Assembly: GCA_002424635.1 (NCBI GenBank)
Contig: DIKT01000029.1
Coordinates: forward strand, 6,254 to 70,253
Length of the DNA stretch: 64,000 nt
DNA from: Desulfobulbaceae bacterium UBA5611
Lineage (GTDB): Bacteria > Desulfobacterota > Desulfobulbia > Desulfobulbales > Desulfocapsaceae
Direction: 5' to 3'
The position numbers and the translations under genes are program-made. Positions 27,362-35,682 of this stretch are shown here, piece after piece; the stretch's first letter is position 1, and every line of letters starts with the position of its first letter. Under the pieces are notes generated by a model. That model was given only the letters and a program-made list of their open reading frames with translations, was not told where the DNA came from and did not search any database.

Positions 27362-29407
27362 TCATAGTGTGAAGAGCAGTCTGGCGATTGTGATCCCGCC
27401 GATGAAAAAGCAGATCACGGCGATCCAGGAGGCCAGGTTGAGCTGCAGGGTCCCACTGATGCCGTGACCGCTGGTACAGCCTCCGGCCAGGCGGGCGCCG
27501 AAGGCCATGAGCAGGCCGCCGGCAAAAGCTACCAGCGCCCGCAGCAGAGTGCTGTCGCCGAAACGGGCCGTCCACATGGATGGCAGCCATTGATTGACGA
27601 ATTCGCCACCAGTGAGCGCGGCAATGGTCCCGCCGCCAATGGTGGCGACAACAAAGACGAACTTCCAGTCCACCTGAGGCGGATTGTCGATGAAATAGGT
27701 AAGAGATGCCGTATGGCGGGGGGCGATCAGTTTGCCGAGAAAACCGGCCAGCTGGGCATAAAAAGAGGAGACCCCGATCGGTTTGTCGGCAAAATAAAAG
27801 GTCAGCCATGACAGCACACCGATACCCGTCCCGACTACATAAGGTGACCAGGCCGCTCGTGAATAATCACCCGCCTCCATACCAGTTGCTGCTTCGGCAA
27901 TTGTATAAAGGATACACAGCAGGGCAAAACAGCCGATAAAGAATGCCGAATGTTTAAACACTAACTGGTCATCAGCAGGCAGCTGGCGTTGTGGGCTAGT
28001 TTCTTCTGCTGCTGGTTCCCGGGCCACAGGGAACCCGGCAGCGACCCACGCCTGCCAGCTGCCGGGGACGTTACAGACACAGCCGAACCCTTCTTTCTGC
28101 AGAATGCTCGTGGCCAGGCTGGCCCGATAGCCGTTGTCGCAATAGACCGCCGTCGGCCTGGTTTTATCCAGGCTGTCTAAATGCTCAGGCAATTGGCCCA
28201 GAAAAATATGGCGGGCCTGGGGAATGTGGCCTTCTTGCCACTCGCTAGGCGTGCGTACATCAAGGAGCTGTAGATTTCCTCCGGCATTTCTGATGGCCTG
28301 GACCGTCATCTGGCCGATCTGAGCCAGCGGTAGTCCGGCATTATCCCAAGCCTGCATACCGCCGACCAGATAACCGGCGAACTTGCTGTAACCGGTGCGC
28401 AGCAGCAGGCGGATAATTTTTTCGAGCCGGTCATCGGCTTCCAGCACCAGCAGGAGGGGCCGGGCAGGATCAAGCAGCCAGCCAGCCCAGAGGGAGAGCA
28501 GAGGTGAGCCGCCGATGTTGAGGGCGCCATGGATATGGCCGCCGCCAAAGGCCAGCATCATCCGGGTATCAATGAGAATATTGTCCTCGTTGGCAAGGGC
28601 CTGCTGGAATAAGGGGGCGGGAAGAGCGCGTATTGCCGGCAGTCGGCCCAGGACTGCCGGCCCGTTGGTGTTCAGCTGCTTCAGCCTCGGATAATAGGCA
28701 GGCATTGGCGGGGCGGTAGAGAGGACATAATCAATAAAACCATCTTCCTCATCAAACTGCAGTAAAGGATTGAAACGACGTTCATAACCAATGGTGCTGT
28801 GGCGCCGGTCACCAATGTTGACCCCACAGGGTGAGCCTTGACCATGGGCTGGATAAATAATTACATAATCAGCGAGTTTAAGATAAAAATCATGAATGGT
28901 ATGGAACAGTTGCCCGGCCAATATTTTATCATGCTCACTACCGAGAAGATCAGGCCGGCCGACGGAATTGACAAACAGCGAATCGCCGGTGAGCACCCCC
29001 CAGGGATAGTAACGGCGCTTGTCATCAGCCAGCAGAAAAGCCACCAGCTCCGGGGTATGGCCGGGCGCATGCTTGACGGTAAGCAGCAGGGAACCGAATC
29101 TGAAGATGTCGCCATCTTTAATCACTTCATGGTCGAAGCCGTACTGGGCGCCGCCCTCATGACTGAGAAATATTTTCGCTGACTCGGCTCGGGCACCAAG
29201 CTCGCGCGCCCCACTGACGAAATCGACATGGATATGTGTTTCAAAGATGTGGGTGATCGCCAGCTGCTTCGCCCGGGCGAGCTGCAGGTAACAGTCGACA
29301 TCGGGACGTGGATCGAACACGGCAGCCACACCTTCGGCAGTATCGCCGAGCAGATAGGACAGCGCAGCAATACCTTCAGTTTGAATACATTCAAAAATAA
29401 GTGCCAT
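27362..29407 (-). CDS. Fusion protein: persulfide dioxygenase-type MBL hydrolase + 2 rhodanese domains + YeeE/YedE membrane half
   Basis: THIHVDFVSG metal motif (Blh/CstB-like). Rhodanese 1 has no catalytic Cys. Rhodanese 2 has AVYCDNGYRAS. C-terminal ~185 aa are TM helices with GGCTSGHGISG. Confidence 0.8.
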   Translation of the reverse strand: MALIFECIQTEGIAALSYLLGDTAEGVAAVFDPRPDVDCYLQLARAKQLAITHIFETHIHVDFVSGARELGARAESAKIFLSHEGGAQYGFDHEVIKDGDIFRFGSLLLTVKHAPGHTPELVAFLLADDKRRYYPWGVLTGDSLFVNSVGRPDLLGSEHDKILAGQLFHTIHDFYLKLADYVIIYPAHGQGSPCGVNIGDRRHSTIGYERRFNPLLQFDEEDGFIDYVLSTAPPMPAYYPRLKQLNTNGPAVLGRLPAIRALPAPLFQQALANEDNILIDTRMMLAFGGGHIHGALNIGGSPLLSLWAGWLLDPARPLLLVLEADDRLEKIIRLLLRTGYSKFAGYLVGGMQAWDNAGLPLAQIGQMTVQAIRNAGGNLQLLDVRTPSEWQEGHIPQARHIFLGQLPEHLDSLDKTRPTAVYCDNGYRASLATSILQKEGFGCVCNVPGSWQAWVAAGFPVAREPAAEETSPQRQLPADDQLVFKHSAFFIGCFALLCILYTIAEAATGMEAGDYSRAAWSPYVVGTGIGVLSWLTFYFADKPIGVSSFYAQLAGFLGKLIAPRHTASLTYFIDNPPQVDWKFVFVVATIGGGTIAALTGGEFVNQWLPSMWTARFGDSTLLRALVAFAGGLLMAFGARLAGGCTSGHGISGTLQLNLASWIAVICFFIGGITIARLLFTL

Positions 29408-29474
29408 CAGGATGCCTCATTTTCTTATTGTTCCCTTTTATGAAGATTGGTGCGCTGTACCTTTTGCTACCGGC

Positions 29475-30299
29475 TCAGCCCTGAATAAATGTCAGCAAAT
29501 CGACGTTAAGTTCATCCTTGTGCGTCTGAGCAAGACCATGGGGGGCACCAGGATAGATCTTCAGGATGGCACCCTTGACCAATTTGGCTGAGCGCAGGGC
29601 GGCGGCGCCGATCGGGACGATCTGATCATCATCACCATGAATGATCAGGGTCGGGATATCGAACTTCTTGAGGTCTTCACTGAAATCAGTCTCGGAGAAG
29701 GCCTTGATGCAATCAAAGGTATTCTTGTGGCCACCCTGCATGCCCTGCAGCCAGAAGGAATCGATGGTTCCCGTCGAGACTTTGGCTCCCGGCCTGTTGG
29801 CCCCGAAGAACGGACCGCCGGCTATATCTTTATAGAGTTGCGAGCGATCGGCGATAGAACCTTGACGGATCTCCTCGAATTTGGCGATCGGCAAGCCGCC
29901 GGGATTAGCTGCTGTTTGCAGCATCAACGGCGGCACCGCCGCGATCAGCGCGGCCTTGGCCACCCGGCTGGTGCCATGGCGGCCGATGTAACGGGCTACT
30001 TCACCGCCTCCGGCCGAAAAACCGATGAGGACGGTCTGCTGTAGATCGAGTGCCTCGATGAGCTCGGCGAGGTCGTCGGCGTAGGTGTCCATATCATTGC
30101 CGGTCCAAGGCTGACTCGAGCGGCCATGGCCACGACGGTCATGGGCAATGCAGCGATAGCCGCTGGAGGCCAGAAACAGCATCTGGGCCTCCCAGCTGTC
30201 GGCACTGAGGGGCCAACCGTGGCTGAACAGCACTGGCTGGCCTGTGCCCCAGTCTTTATAGTAAATCCGGGTGTCATCTCTTGTGGTAATAATGCCCAT
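29475..30299 (-). CDS. Alpha/beta hydrolase, non-haem haloperoxidase/perhydrolase family
   Basis: [36 protein letters not shown] nucleophile elbow, C-terminal GAPHG. Confidence 0.85.
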   Translation of the reverse strand: MGIITTRDDTRIYYKDWGTGQPVLFSHGWPLSADSWEAQMLFLASSGYRCIAHDRRGHGRSSQPWTGNDMDTYADDLAELIEALDLQQTVLIGFSAGGGEVARYIGRHGTSRVAKAALIAAVPPLMLQTAANPGGLPIAKFEEIRQGSIADRSQLYKDIAGGPFFGANRPGAKVSTGTIDSFWLQGMQGGHKNTFDCIKAFSETDFSEDLKKFDIPTLIIHGDDDQIVPIGAAALRSAKLVKGAILKIYPGAPHGLAQTHKDELNVDLLTFIQG

Positions 30300-30386
30300 T
30301 ATTGGTTCCCCTTTGTCATAAGGAGTTATCGATCTGGTCGATTAGACCTGATCCTTCCGGTTGAGTTGGTCTGGTACCACCGGCCC

Positions 30387-31253
30387 TTAGCGCTGTTCTT
30401 TTCGGGCTGCTTTCGAGCCATAGGTATTGGCATAAACCCAGGTAAATTCAGCGCCGAGCAGAAAGATCTGTGCGGAAAAATAAACCCACAGCAATAAAAT
30501 GACCAGCGACCCGGCGGCGCCGAAACCTGAGGCGACACTGGCTTTGCCCAGATAGAGACCGATGAGCAATTTGCCGACGGCGAACAGGCAAGCGGTTACT
30601 GCCGCGCCAATCCATACATCGCGCCAGGCGATGGTAGCCCACGGCATAAATTTATAGATCAATGCAAACAGGACAGTCGTAATAGCAAATGAGATACTCA
30701 GTTCCAAGGCCTGCAGAACTACTTGCCAACCTGTGAACAGGCTACTGAGCCATTTGCCGAAGGCGGCGATGGCAGCACTGATTATGAGCGAAATCAGCAA
30801 TAGAAAGCCTACGCCCAACACCATACCGAAAGAGAGCAGGCGTGTGCGCAACATATGCCATAAACCGCTCTCTTGGTCCGAAACGGGGACACGCCAGATA
30901 CGGTTAAGATCGCTTTGTAATTCCCCGAACACCGTGGTGGCCCCGATTATCAGGGTAATGACGCTGCCCGCTATGGCCAGCATGCTATGAGCGGGCTCAT
31001 TGGCATTTTTCAGCAGACCCTGCACGGCGCTTGCTCCTTCCTGCCCGATGAGGCCCTGGATCTGGCCGATGATTTCGCCCCGCGCTGCTTCCTGGCCAAA
31101 AACAAGGCCGGCCACTGCGATAGCGATTATCAGCAGCGGCGTAATTGAAAACAGGGTGTAGTAGGCAATGGCGGCCCCCATACTCGGGGCATAATCGTCC
31201 ACCCAGGCCGTTACGGAATTTTTGCTCAGGTCCAAGATCTGTTTGAGGTGCAT
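30387..31253 (-). CDS. YihY/BrkB family membrane protein
   Basis: AAIAYYTLFSITPLLII start, 6 TM segments, LLWVYFSAQIFLLGAEF C-terminal motif. Confidence 0.8.
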   Translation of the reverse strand: MHLKQILDLSKNSVTAWVDDYAPSMGAAIAYYTLFSITPLLIIAIAVAGLVFGQEAARGEIIGQIQGLIGQEGASAVQGLLKNANEPAHSMLAIAGSVITLIIGATTVFGELQSDLNRIWRVPVSDQESGLWHMLRTRLLSFGMVLGVGFLLLISLIISAAIAAFGKWLSSLFTGWQVVLQALELSISFAITTVLFALIYKFMPWATIAWRDVWIGAAVTACLFAVGKLLIGLYLGKASVASGFGAAGSLVILLLWVYFSAQIFLLGAEFTWVYANTYGSKAARKEQR

Positions 31254-31341
31254 GCTGATCTCCTGTAAAAGCGGTTTTGCCAGCCATATCTTGCAACTGC
31301 CGGTTGTGGCTTCTTCCTGCTGTTAAGGCCGATGGCGAGAT

Positions 31342-31845
31342 TTAAAGTTGCAGCTGTTTCATGACCTCACGCATGAAGGCGGGCAGATCGGCCGGTTTCC
31401 GGGAGGTGATCAGCTTGCCGTCAACTACTACCTCCTGATCTTCATAGAGGGCGCCGGCCTCTTGTAACTCCTCAGCTACCTTCTCATAGCAGGTGGCCCG
31501 TTTTCCCTGCATTACCCCGGCACTGATCAGGATTTGCGGGCCATGGCAGATAGCAGCAACCGGTTTATCGGCGGCAAAAAAATGGCGGGCAATCTCGAGT
31601 GCCATTGGCTCTTGTCTGATCTTAGATGGGGCCGCGCCCCCCGGCAGGACCAGGAGGGCATAGTCATCAGGTTTTATCTCCTCCAGGGTCTTGTCGACGG
31701 GTACCTCGTAGCCATGCTTGCCGGTGATAATCTCCCGGTCCATGGAGGCCACGATCACTTGCAGGCCCGCCTCCTGTAGCCGGTAATAGGGCACCAGCAG
31801 CTCCGAGTCTTCAAAATGATCCGCACTGATAATTAAGACCTTCAT
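31342..31845 (-). CDS. DJ-1/PfpI family protein (YhbO / YfkM GSP18-like)
   Basis: 167 aa, AAICHGP nucleophile elbow, GGAG RBS. Confidence 0.85.
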   Translation of the reverse strand: MKVLIISADHFEDSELLVPYYRLQEAGLQVIVASMDREIITGKHGYEVPVDKTLEEIKPDDYALLVLPGGAAPSKIRQEPMALEIARHFFAADKPVAAICHGPQILISAGVMQGKRATCYEKVAEELQEAGALYEDQEVVVDGKLITSRKPADLPAFMREVMKQLQL

Positions 31846-31879
31846 ATGTGTCCTCCTTTAAGAAAGGTTGGCTTACCGT

Positions 31880-32470
31880 TTACGGCTTCGTTTGGCTGAG
31901 CCGGGACTGCACCGCCTGCCAGTCAATATTTTTGAAATAGGCCTCGATATAATCGGCCCTTTTCAGCCCGTAATCGAGCATGAAGGCATGTTCGAAGACA
32001 TCCATGATTAATATCGGCCGGCATCCGGCAGGGTGGCCGCTATCATGCTCATTGATCCAGCAGTTAAAGAGCTTGCCGTTGTTATTATCCTGGTAGAGCA
32101 CGGCCCAGCCGATGCCGCGCATGGCCCCGACCGCCTTGAAATCCTTTAACCAGCCATCAATGCTGCCAAAATCGGCAATCTTCTGCTGGGCCAGGCGGCT
32201 GTTGCTGTCGACTACTCCATCACCGCCCAGGGCATCAAAGTAATATTCATGCAGCCGCATGCCGTTGAATTCCCAGCTGAGCCGCCGCTTTAATTCGCCA
32301 AACTCGGGGCCGGTCGCCTTGTCTTCTTGTACCATCCGGGTCAGCGTCTCCAGCAATTTATTGGTATTGGTCACATACCCTTCATAGAGGGTAAAGTGGT
32401 TTTTCAGCAGCGCCTCACTGAATCCTGCCATGCCGATAAGCCTTGAATAATCTTTTGCCGTGTACGCCAT
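31880..32470 (-). CDS. Fe/Mn superoxide dismutase family protein (divergent N-terminal motif)
   Basis: Ligand positions are retained (KNH.., RLHEYYF, DVFEHAFMLDYG), but the usual HHxKHH is replaced by HFTLYEGY. AGGAG RBS. Confidence 0.7.
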   Translation of the reverse strand: MAYTAKDYSRLIGMAGFSEALLKNHFTLYEGYVTNTNKLLETLTRMVQEDKATGPEFGELKRRLSWEFNGMRLHEYYFDALGGDGVVDSNSRLAQQKIADFGSIDGWLKDFKAVGAMRGIGWAVLYQDNNNGKLFNCWINEHDSGHPAGCRPILIMDVFEHAFMLDYGLKRADYIEAYFKNIDWQAVQSRLSQTKP

Positions 32471-32640
32471 GATAGCTCCTCCTTTTGCTGGTCGATGTGA
32501 GTTAAGGGAACGGCCTGGTACATCAAATAGACAGCCAGTCCCACGGATTTCAGCCGGTAAATTGGTACATTGTGGTAGATCCTGCGACTTTGCTTGTCGA
32601 TCTCGGCCATATCAGTTGTCTCCTGCAATAATCAGGCGTT

Positions 32641-34284
32641 CTATATGAAGAACTGCCAAAGGGAAAATAGAATTACCAATATGAAAACGGAATCAATAAG
32701 ATGAGGCGCTTTCAGGGCATATAAACCGTCATCAATTTTCGCTGAAATTCTGAGCCACCAAGGTTTGTATTGCTCTAATACCTGCACGCGGTCATCAATG
32801 GCCTTGGCCGCTCTTCTCCCACTTTCGACGGCCCCCTCAATACTCCAGACCTGGGCCTGGGTCTGCGTATGGGCGCCGGCTAAAAAAAGATTAGCCACCG
32901 GAGTCTTCTGGGCAGGAATATAGGCCTGGGTATTGGTGGTCGTGACCCATTTGGGCTGCGGATGTTTAAGGCCGTCGCGGCCAAATTCCCATTCATGCCA
33001 AACTTCAACATTGAGCAGGGTAAATTCGTGTAAGCCTTTACCACTATTTGCTTGTCGAATTAAGTCATTGAGGGCGCCACAGCTCAGGATTTGCGCTTTT
33101 ACCTCTGCAATAAATTCTTCTCTGCTGCAATTATTGACCGGCTTATGATAAAGGCGGCCCGGCACACTGCTGATACATGAGGTGCCGGTCCACAGCGATT
33201 TAATATTATGGCCGAGATCTACGGTCTGATCCCACACCTGTTCCTGGGCGAAAAGGGTTAAATTAAATTCGGAATCACTAACCACCACAGCCGTGCGCTG
33301 CCGGGGGAATTTAATGGCCTCAGCAAAGGCCAATCTGAAAGAGACCTGCGCATGAGGCCCATCCTGGGTAAGCGGTTTAAACAGTCTTAATTCTTCCTGG
33401 CGCTCAAGCTCCGGAGTGACGCTTAGGATCTCAGCCGTCATGAACGGATTAATGGCCAGCAGATAAATGTCGCCTACTATCTGTTCATTGCCGCAATAAG
33501 CGGCGCTGATCCTGCTGCCATCAAATTCTAAGCGGCTGAGGCCTTTGCCCCAGCAGAACTGGACCCCTTGCTCCTGCAGATGCCTGACCCAGGGGTCAAA
33601 CCAGTATTCACTGCTCGGTCCTTTGAGTAACAGCCAGCCGTCCCCGGCCCCTTGCGACCAGGCGGGACCATCATGATCGGCTTTATGCTCATGAGTCGGT
33701 TGGGTGATCAGCTGTTTTCTGAAAAAGTCACCGGTGATGTGCAAGGATACCTTCGACCAGTCGGAGCCAATCCAGGGGCCGAAACAAGAACGCCAGGTTT
33801 TGTAGGCCACCTCGCTCATTAACGGTTGCCAGGCCTCAGCGGCGTTAAGTCTGGCATAGGTCATCTGACTGCGTTTATTTGCCGTCCAGGACTTCAGCAT
33901 CAGGTAAGTCGATTTCGTAAAATCCCATTTGTCCATCCTGAACATTTTATGAATACTTTTCAGGCCTTCATCATAGAATTGCGCTTTCGCCTTATCAGGG
34001 AAAATACCGAAGGCAATAGAGCGCGACAGGGCCAGATCATAGATAGTGCCCTGCTCATTAAAGGGAATCTGCTGCATGATATCGAACGTATTATGATACC
34101 AGGGGCCCATGCCGTGCCAGGAATATTCCGTGGGCATGTTGTTGTGGCTCAGCCTTGAACTGCGGAAAAATCCACCGGCCTGGTCATTAACTTCATAGAC
34201 GGCCACATTGTATCCTAAGCGGGCTAATTCATGGGCTGCGCTTAAGCCGGCAATGCCAGCCCCAAAAATGATAATTTTTTGCAT
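32641..34284 (-). CDS. FAD-dependent oxidoreductase (amine oxidase/CrtI-like) with C-terminal TM helix
   Basis: KIIIFGAGIAGLSAAHELARLGYNVAVYEVNDQAGG Rossmann start. Hydrophobic tail VFILVILFSLWQFF. Confidence 0.7.
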   Translation of the reverse strand: MQKIIIFGAGIAGLSAAHELARLGYNVAVYEVNDQAGGFFRSSRLSHNNMPTEYSWHGMGPWYHNTFDIMQQIPFNEQGTIYDLALSRSIAFGIFPDKAKAQFYDEGLKSIHKMFRMDKWDFTKSTYLMLKSWTANKRSQMTYARLNAAEAWQPLMSEVAYKTWRSCFGPWIGSDWSKVSLHITGDFFRKQLITQPTHEHKADHDGPAWSQGAGDGWLLLKGPSSEYWFDPWVRHLQEQGVQFCWGKGLSRLEFDGSRISAAYCGNEQIVGDIYLLAINPFMTAEILSVTPELERQEELRLFKPLTQDGPHAQVSFRLAFAEAIKFPRQRTAVVVSDSEFNLTLFAQEQVWDQTVDLGHNIKSLWTGTSCISSVPGRLYHKPVNNCSREEFIAEVKAQILSCGALNDLIRQANSGKGLHEFTLLNVEVWHEWEFGRDGLKHPQPKWVTTTNTQAYIPAQKTPVANLFLAGAHTQTQAQVWSIEGAVESGRRAAKAIDDRVQVLEQYKPWWLRISAKIDDGLYALKAPHLIDSVFILVILFSLWQFFI

Positions 34285-34517
34285 TTAGTTAACCTGTGCC
34301 ATAAAACTGCTGCTGAGATTTTTGTTGACTGTCATTCTCATGCTCCATCATAATTTTACTGTCCGCAAACGCAAGGCGTTGCTGATGACCGAGACGGAAC
34401 TGAGACTCATTGCCACGGCATACATGGGCATGACCGGCACTACCTTCTGACCGGCTGGCAGCAATTTCGGGAGAAAGGTTTTCATATATGCAGTCGGGGT
34501 CCGGATTGTTAATGGCT

Positions 34518-34973
34518 TTATGGGGCATCTTCAGATTTTTTATCCATATCCCCCATCATCGGACAATGAGACATGGAGCCCATACCCATCTTCATATGCT
34601 GCATCATATGTGGCATCATCTGTTCTTCCATCCTGGCCTTACGGTCCTGCATGGCGATCCGCTGCTCCACCATTTGCGTGACCACGGCTGCCAGCAGATC
34701 CAGCTTTTCGTCCTGCGATGCGCTGTTCATTTTGGTAACCTGGGCCTTGAGTTCGGCATCCTGGGCTTTTATCTCAGCCCTTATTTTTTGCTTCTCGGTC
34801 ATCATGGCCTGGCAGCGGGCCATCATATCGGTCTCTGCCTTGTTTTGCGCCTCGGTGGTTACCGTAGTTTGAGAATTGTCATCAACAGCCAACGAAAGAT
34901 CAGCATGGACGAGGATCAAAACCAAAGCAAGGCAGCAACTGCTGAAGAGGTTGGAATGCGTTAGTTTTTTCAT
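34518..34973 (-). CDS. Secreted coiled-coil protein with Met/His-rich C-terminus (probable Cu-binding, CpxP/ZraP-like)
   Basis: Signal peptide, then MMPHMMQHMKMGMGSMSHCPMMGDM at the C-terminus. Adjacent to YHS and multicopper oxidase genes. AGGAG RBS. Confidence 0.6.
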   Translation of the reverse strand: MKKLTHSNLFSSCCLALVLILVHADLSLAVDDNSQTTVTTEAQNKAETDMMARCQAMMTEKQKIRAEIKAQDAELKAQVTKMNSASQDEKLDLLAAVVTQMVEQRIAMQDRKARMEEQMMPHMMQHMKMGMGSMSHCPMMGDMDKKSEDAP

Positions 34974-35098
34974 TTACTTCTCCTTTCTGTGGTGATGTTT
35001 TGTGATGCTCTTAATGACTTCTTGCATGGCCGCGCCCAATCCCGCCTCTGCAGAATAAAAGCTGACTATGGCCGGAAAGGCCGCGGCTGGGTACTCTC

Positions 35099-35320
35099 TT
35101 ATGCGCCTGCTTTTGTACCACCACAATCGCATCCCGGCTTGTCCTCCGATCCCGGCTTGTCCTCCATTTTGGCAGCAGCAGGGGTGGACATGAACTTCTC
35201 CCGGCATTGGTCGCTGCAAAAATAAAAAGTCTTGCCATCTCGTTCGCCTTTAAGGGCAGTTGCTTCATCCACAGTCATGCCGCAGATAGGGTCTTTGGTC
35301 GCGTATGTTGATTCTTGCAT
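35099..35320 (-). CDS. YHS (TRASH-type) metal-binding domain protein
   Basis: Start MQESTYATKDPICGMTVDE...FYFCSDQCREKF behind a GGAG RBS. The longer ORF reaching 35509 overlaps the upstream gene and has no RBS. Confidence 0.7.
   Translation of the reverse strand: MQESTYATKDPICGMTVDEATALKGERDGKTFYFCSDQCREKFMSTPAAAKMEDKPGSEDKPGCDCGGTKAGA
35132..35165 (-). repeat. Tandem 18-nt duplication inside the YHS gene
   Basis: tcccggcttgtcctcc occurs twice with an 18-nt period, encoding EDKPGS-EDKPGC. Confidence 0.8.
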
Positions 35321-35400
35321 AGTCCGTCTCCTTTCATAGTGGTTATTGTTATGGATCAGGTTTTTTGGGCCACCTGATCCCCTTGTTGAGAACGATATTG

Positions 35401-35682
35401 TTAGAATAGCCAGCGCAGGCCACCTCCCCAGCCGAACCGGGAATGCCATTGGCCGATCAGCGCCAAGTTTTTGGACAATACATAGTTCAACCCCGCCCGG
35501 CTTTCCCATTTTTCGCCGCTGTCATATTCGACTTTGGCAACAACAGCCAGTCGGGGAGTGGCTGCCTGCTGGAGATCAAGGCTGACTTGGACGTCACCTG
35601 CGGTATCCACCCACAGGCGCGATTCGATATTGAAGGGCAGCAGGTAGCGCAGGCCGGCAATAGCTCTTTTTTGTCCAGCTGA
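35401..35682 (-). pseudogene. CopB-like outer-membrane barrel C-terminus in the alternative frame (continuation of the oxidase ORF if A6 at 35667-35672 were A7)
   Basis: Frame-shifted translation AIAGLRYLLPFNIESRLWVDTAGDVQVSLDLQ...GQWHSRFGWGGGLRWLF ends in an aromatic residue like CopB (..GVRLWF). One added A joins it in frame after ..SDQLDKK. Confidence 0.65.

Noticed and set aside
27351-27809. 152-aa ORF overlapping the 3' part of the dioxygenase-rhodanese-YeeE gene in another frame.
   Set aside because: The R/H/P-rich translation looks implausible. The overlapped frame encodes the conserved YeeE motif GGCTSGHGISG.
32404-32628. Small ORF (MAEIDKQSRR..., ATG at 32610 behind a good AGGAGA RBS) between the FAD oxidoreductase and SOD genes.
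   Set aside because: It would overlap the SOD start by 67 nt out of frame, and it matches nothing I recognise. The RBS is intriguing, so a short leader peptide is possible, but I cannot support a gene call.
34289-34528. 79-aa ORF filling the 233-nt gap between the Met-rich protein gene and the FAD oxidoreductase gene.
   Set aside because: No Shine-Dalgarno sequence, an 11-nt overlap with the upstream stop, and no recognisable family or TM/signal features. It could be real, but the sequence alone does not support it.
34974-35268. ORFs 34974..35219, 34989..35225 and 35011..35268 between and over the YHS gene.
   Set aside because: They overlap the well-supported YHS frame (ICGMTVDE..FCSDQC) or the short spacer. 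They have no RBS and low-complexity translations.
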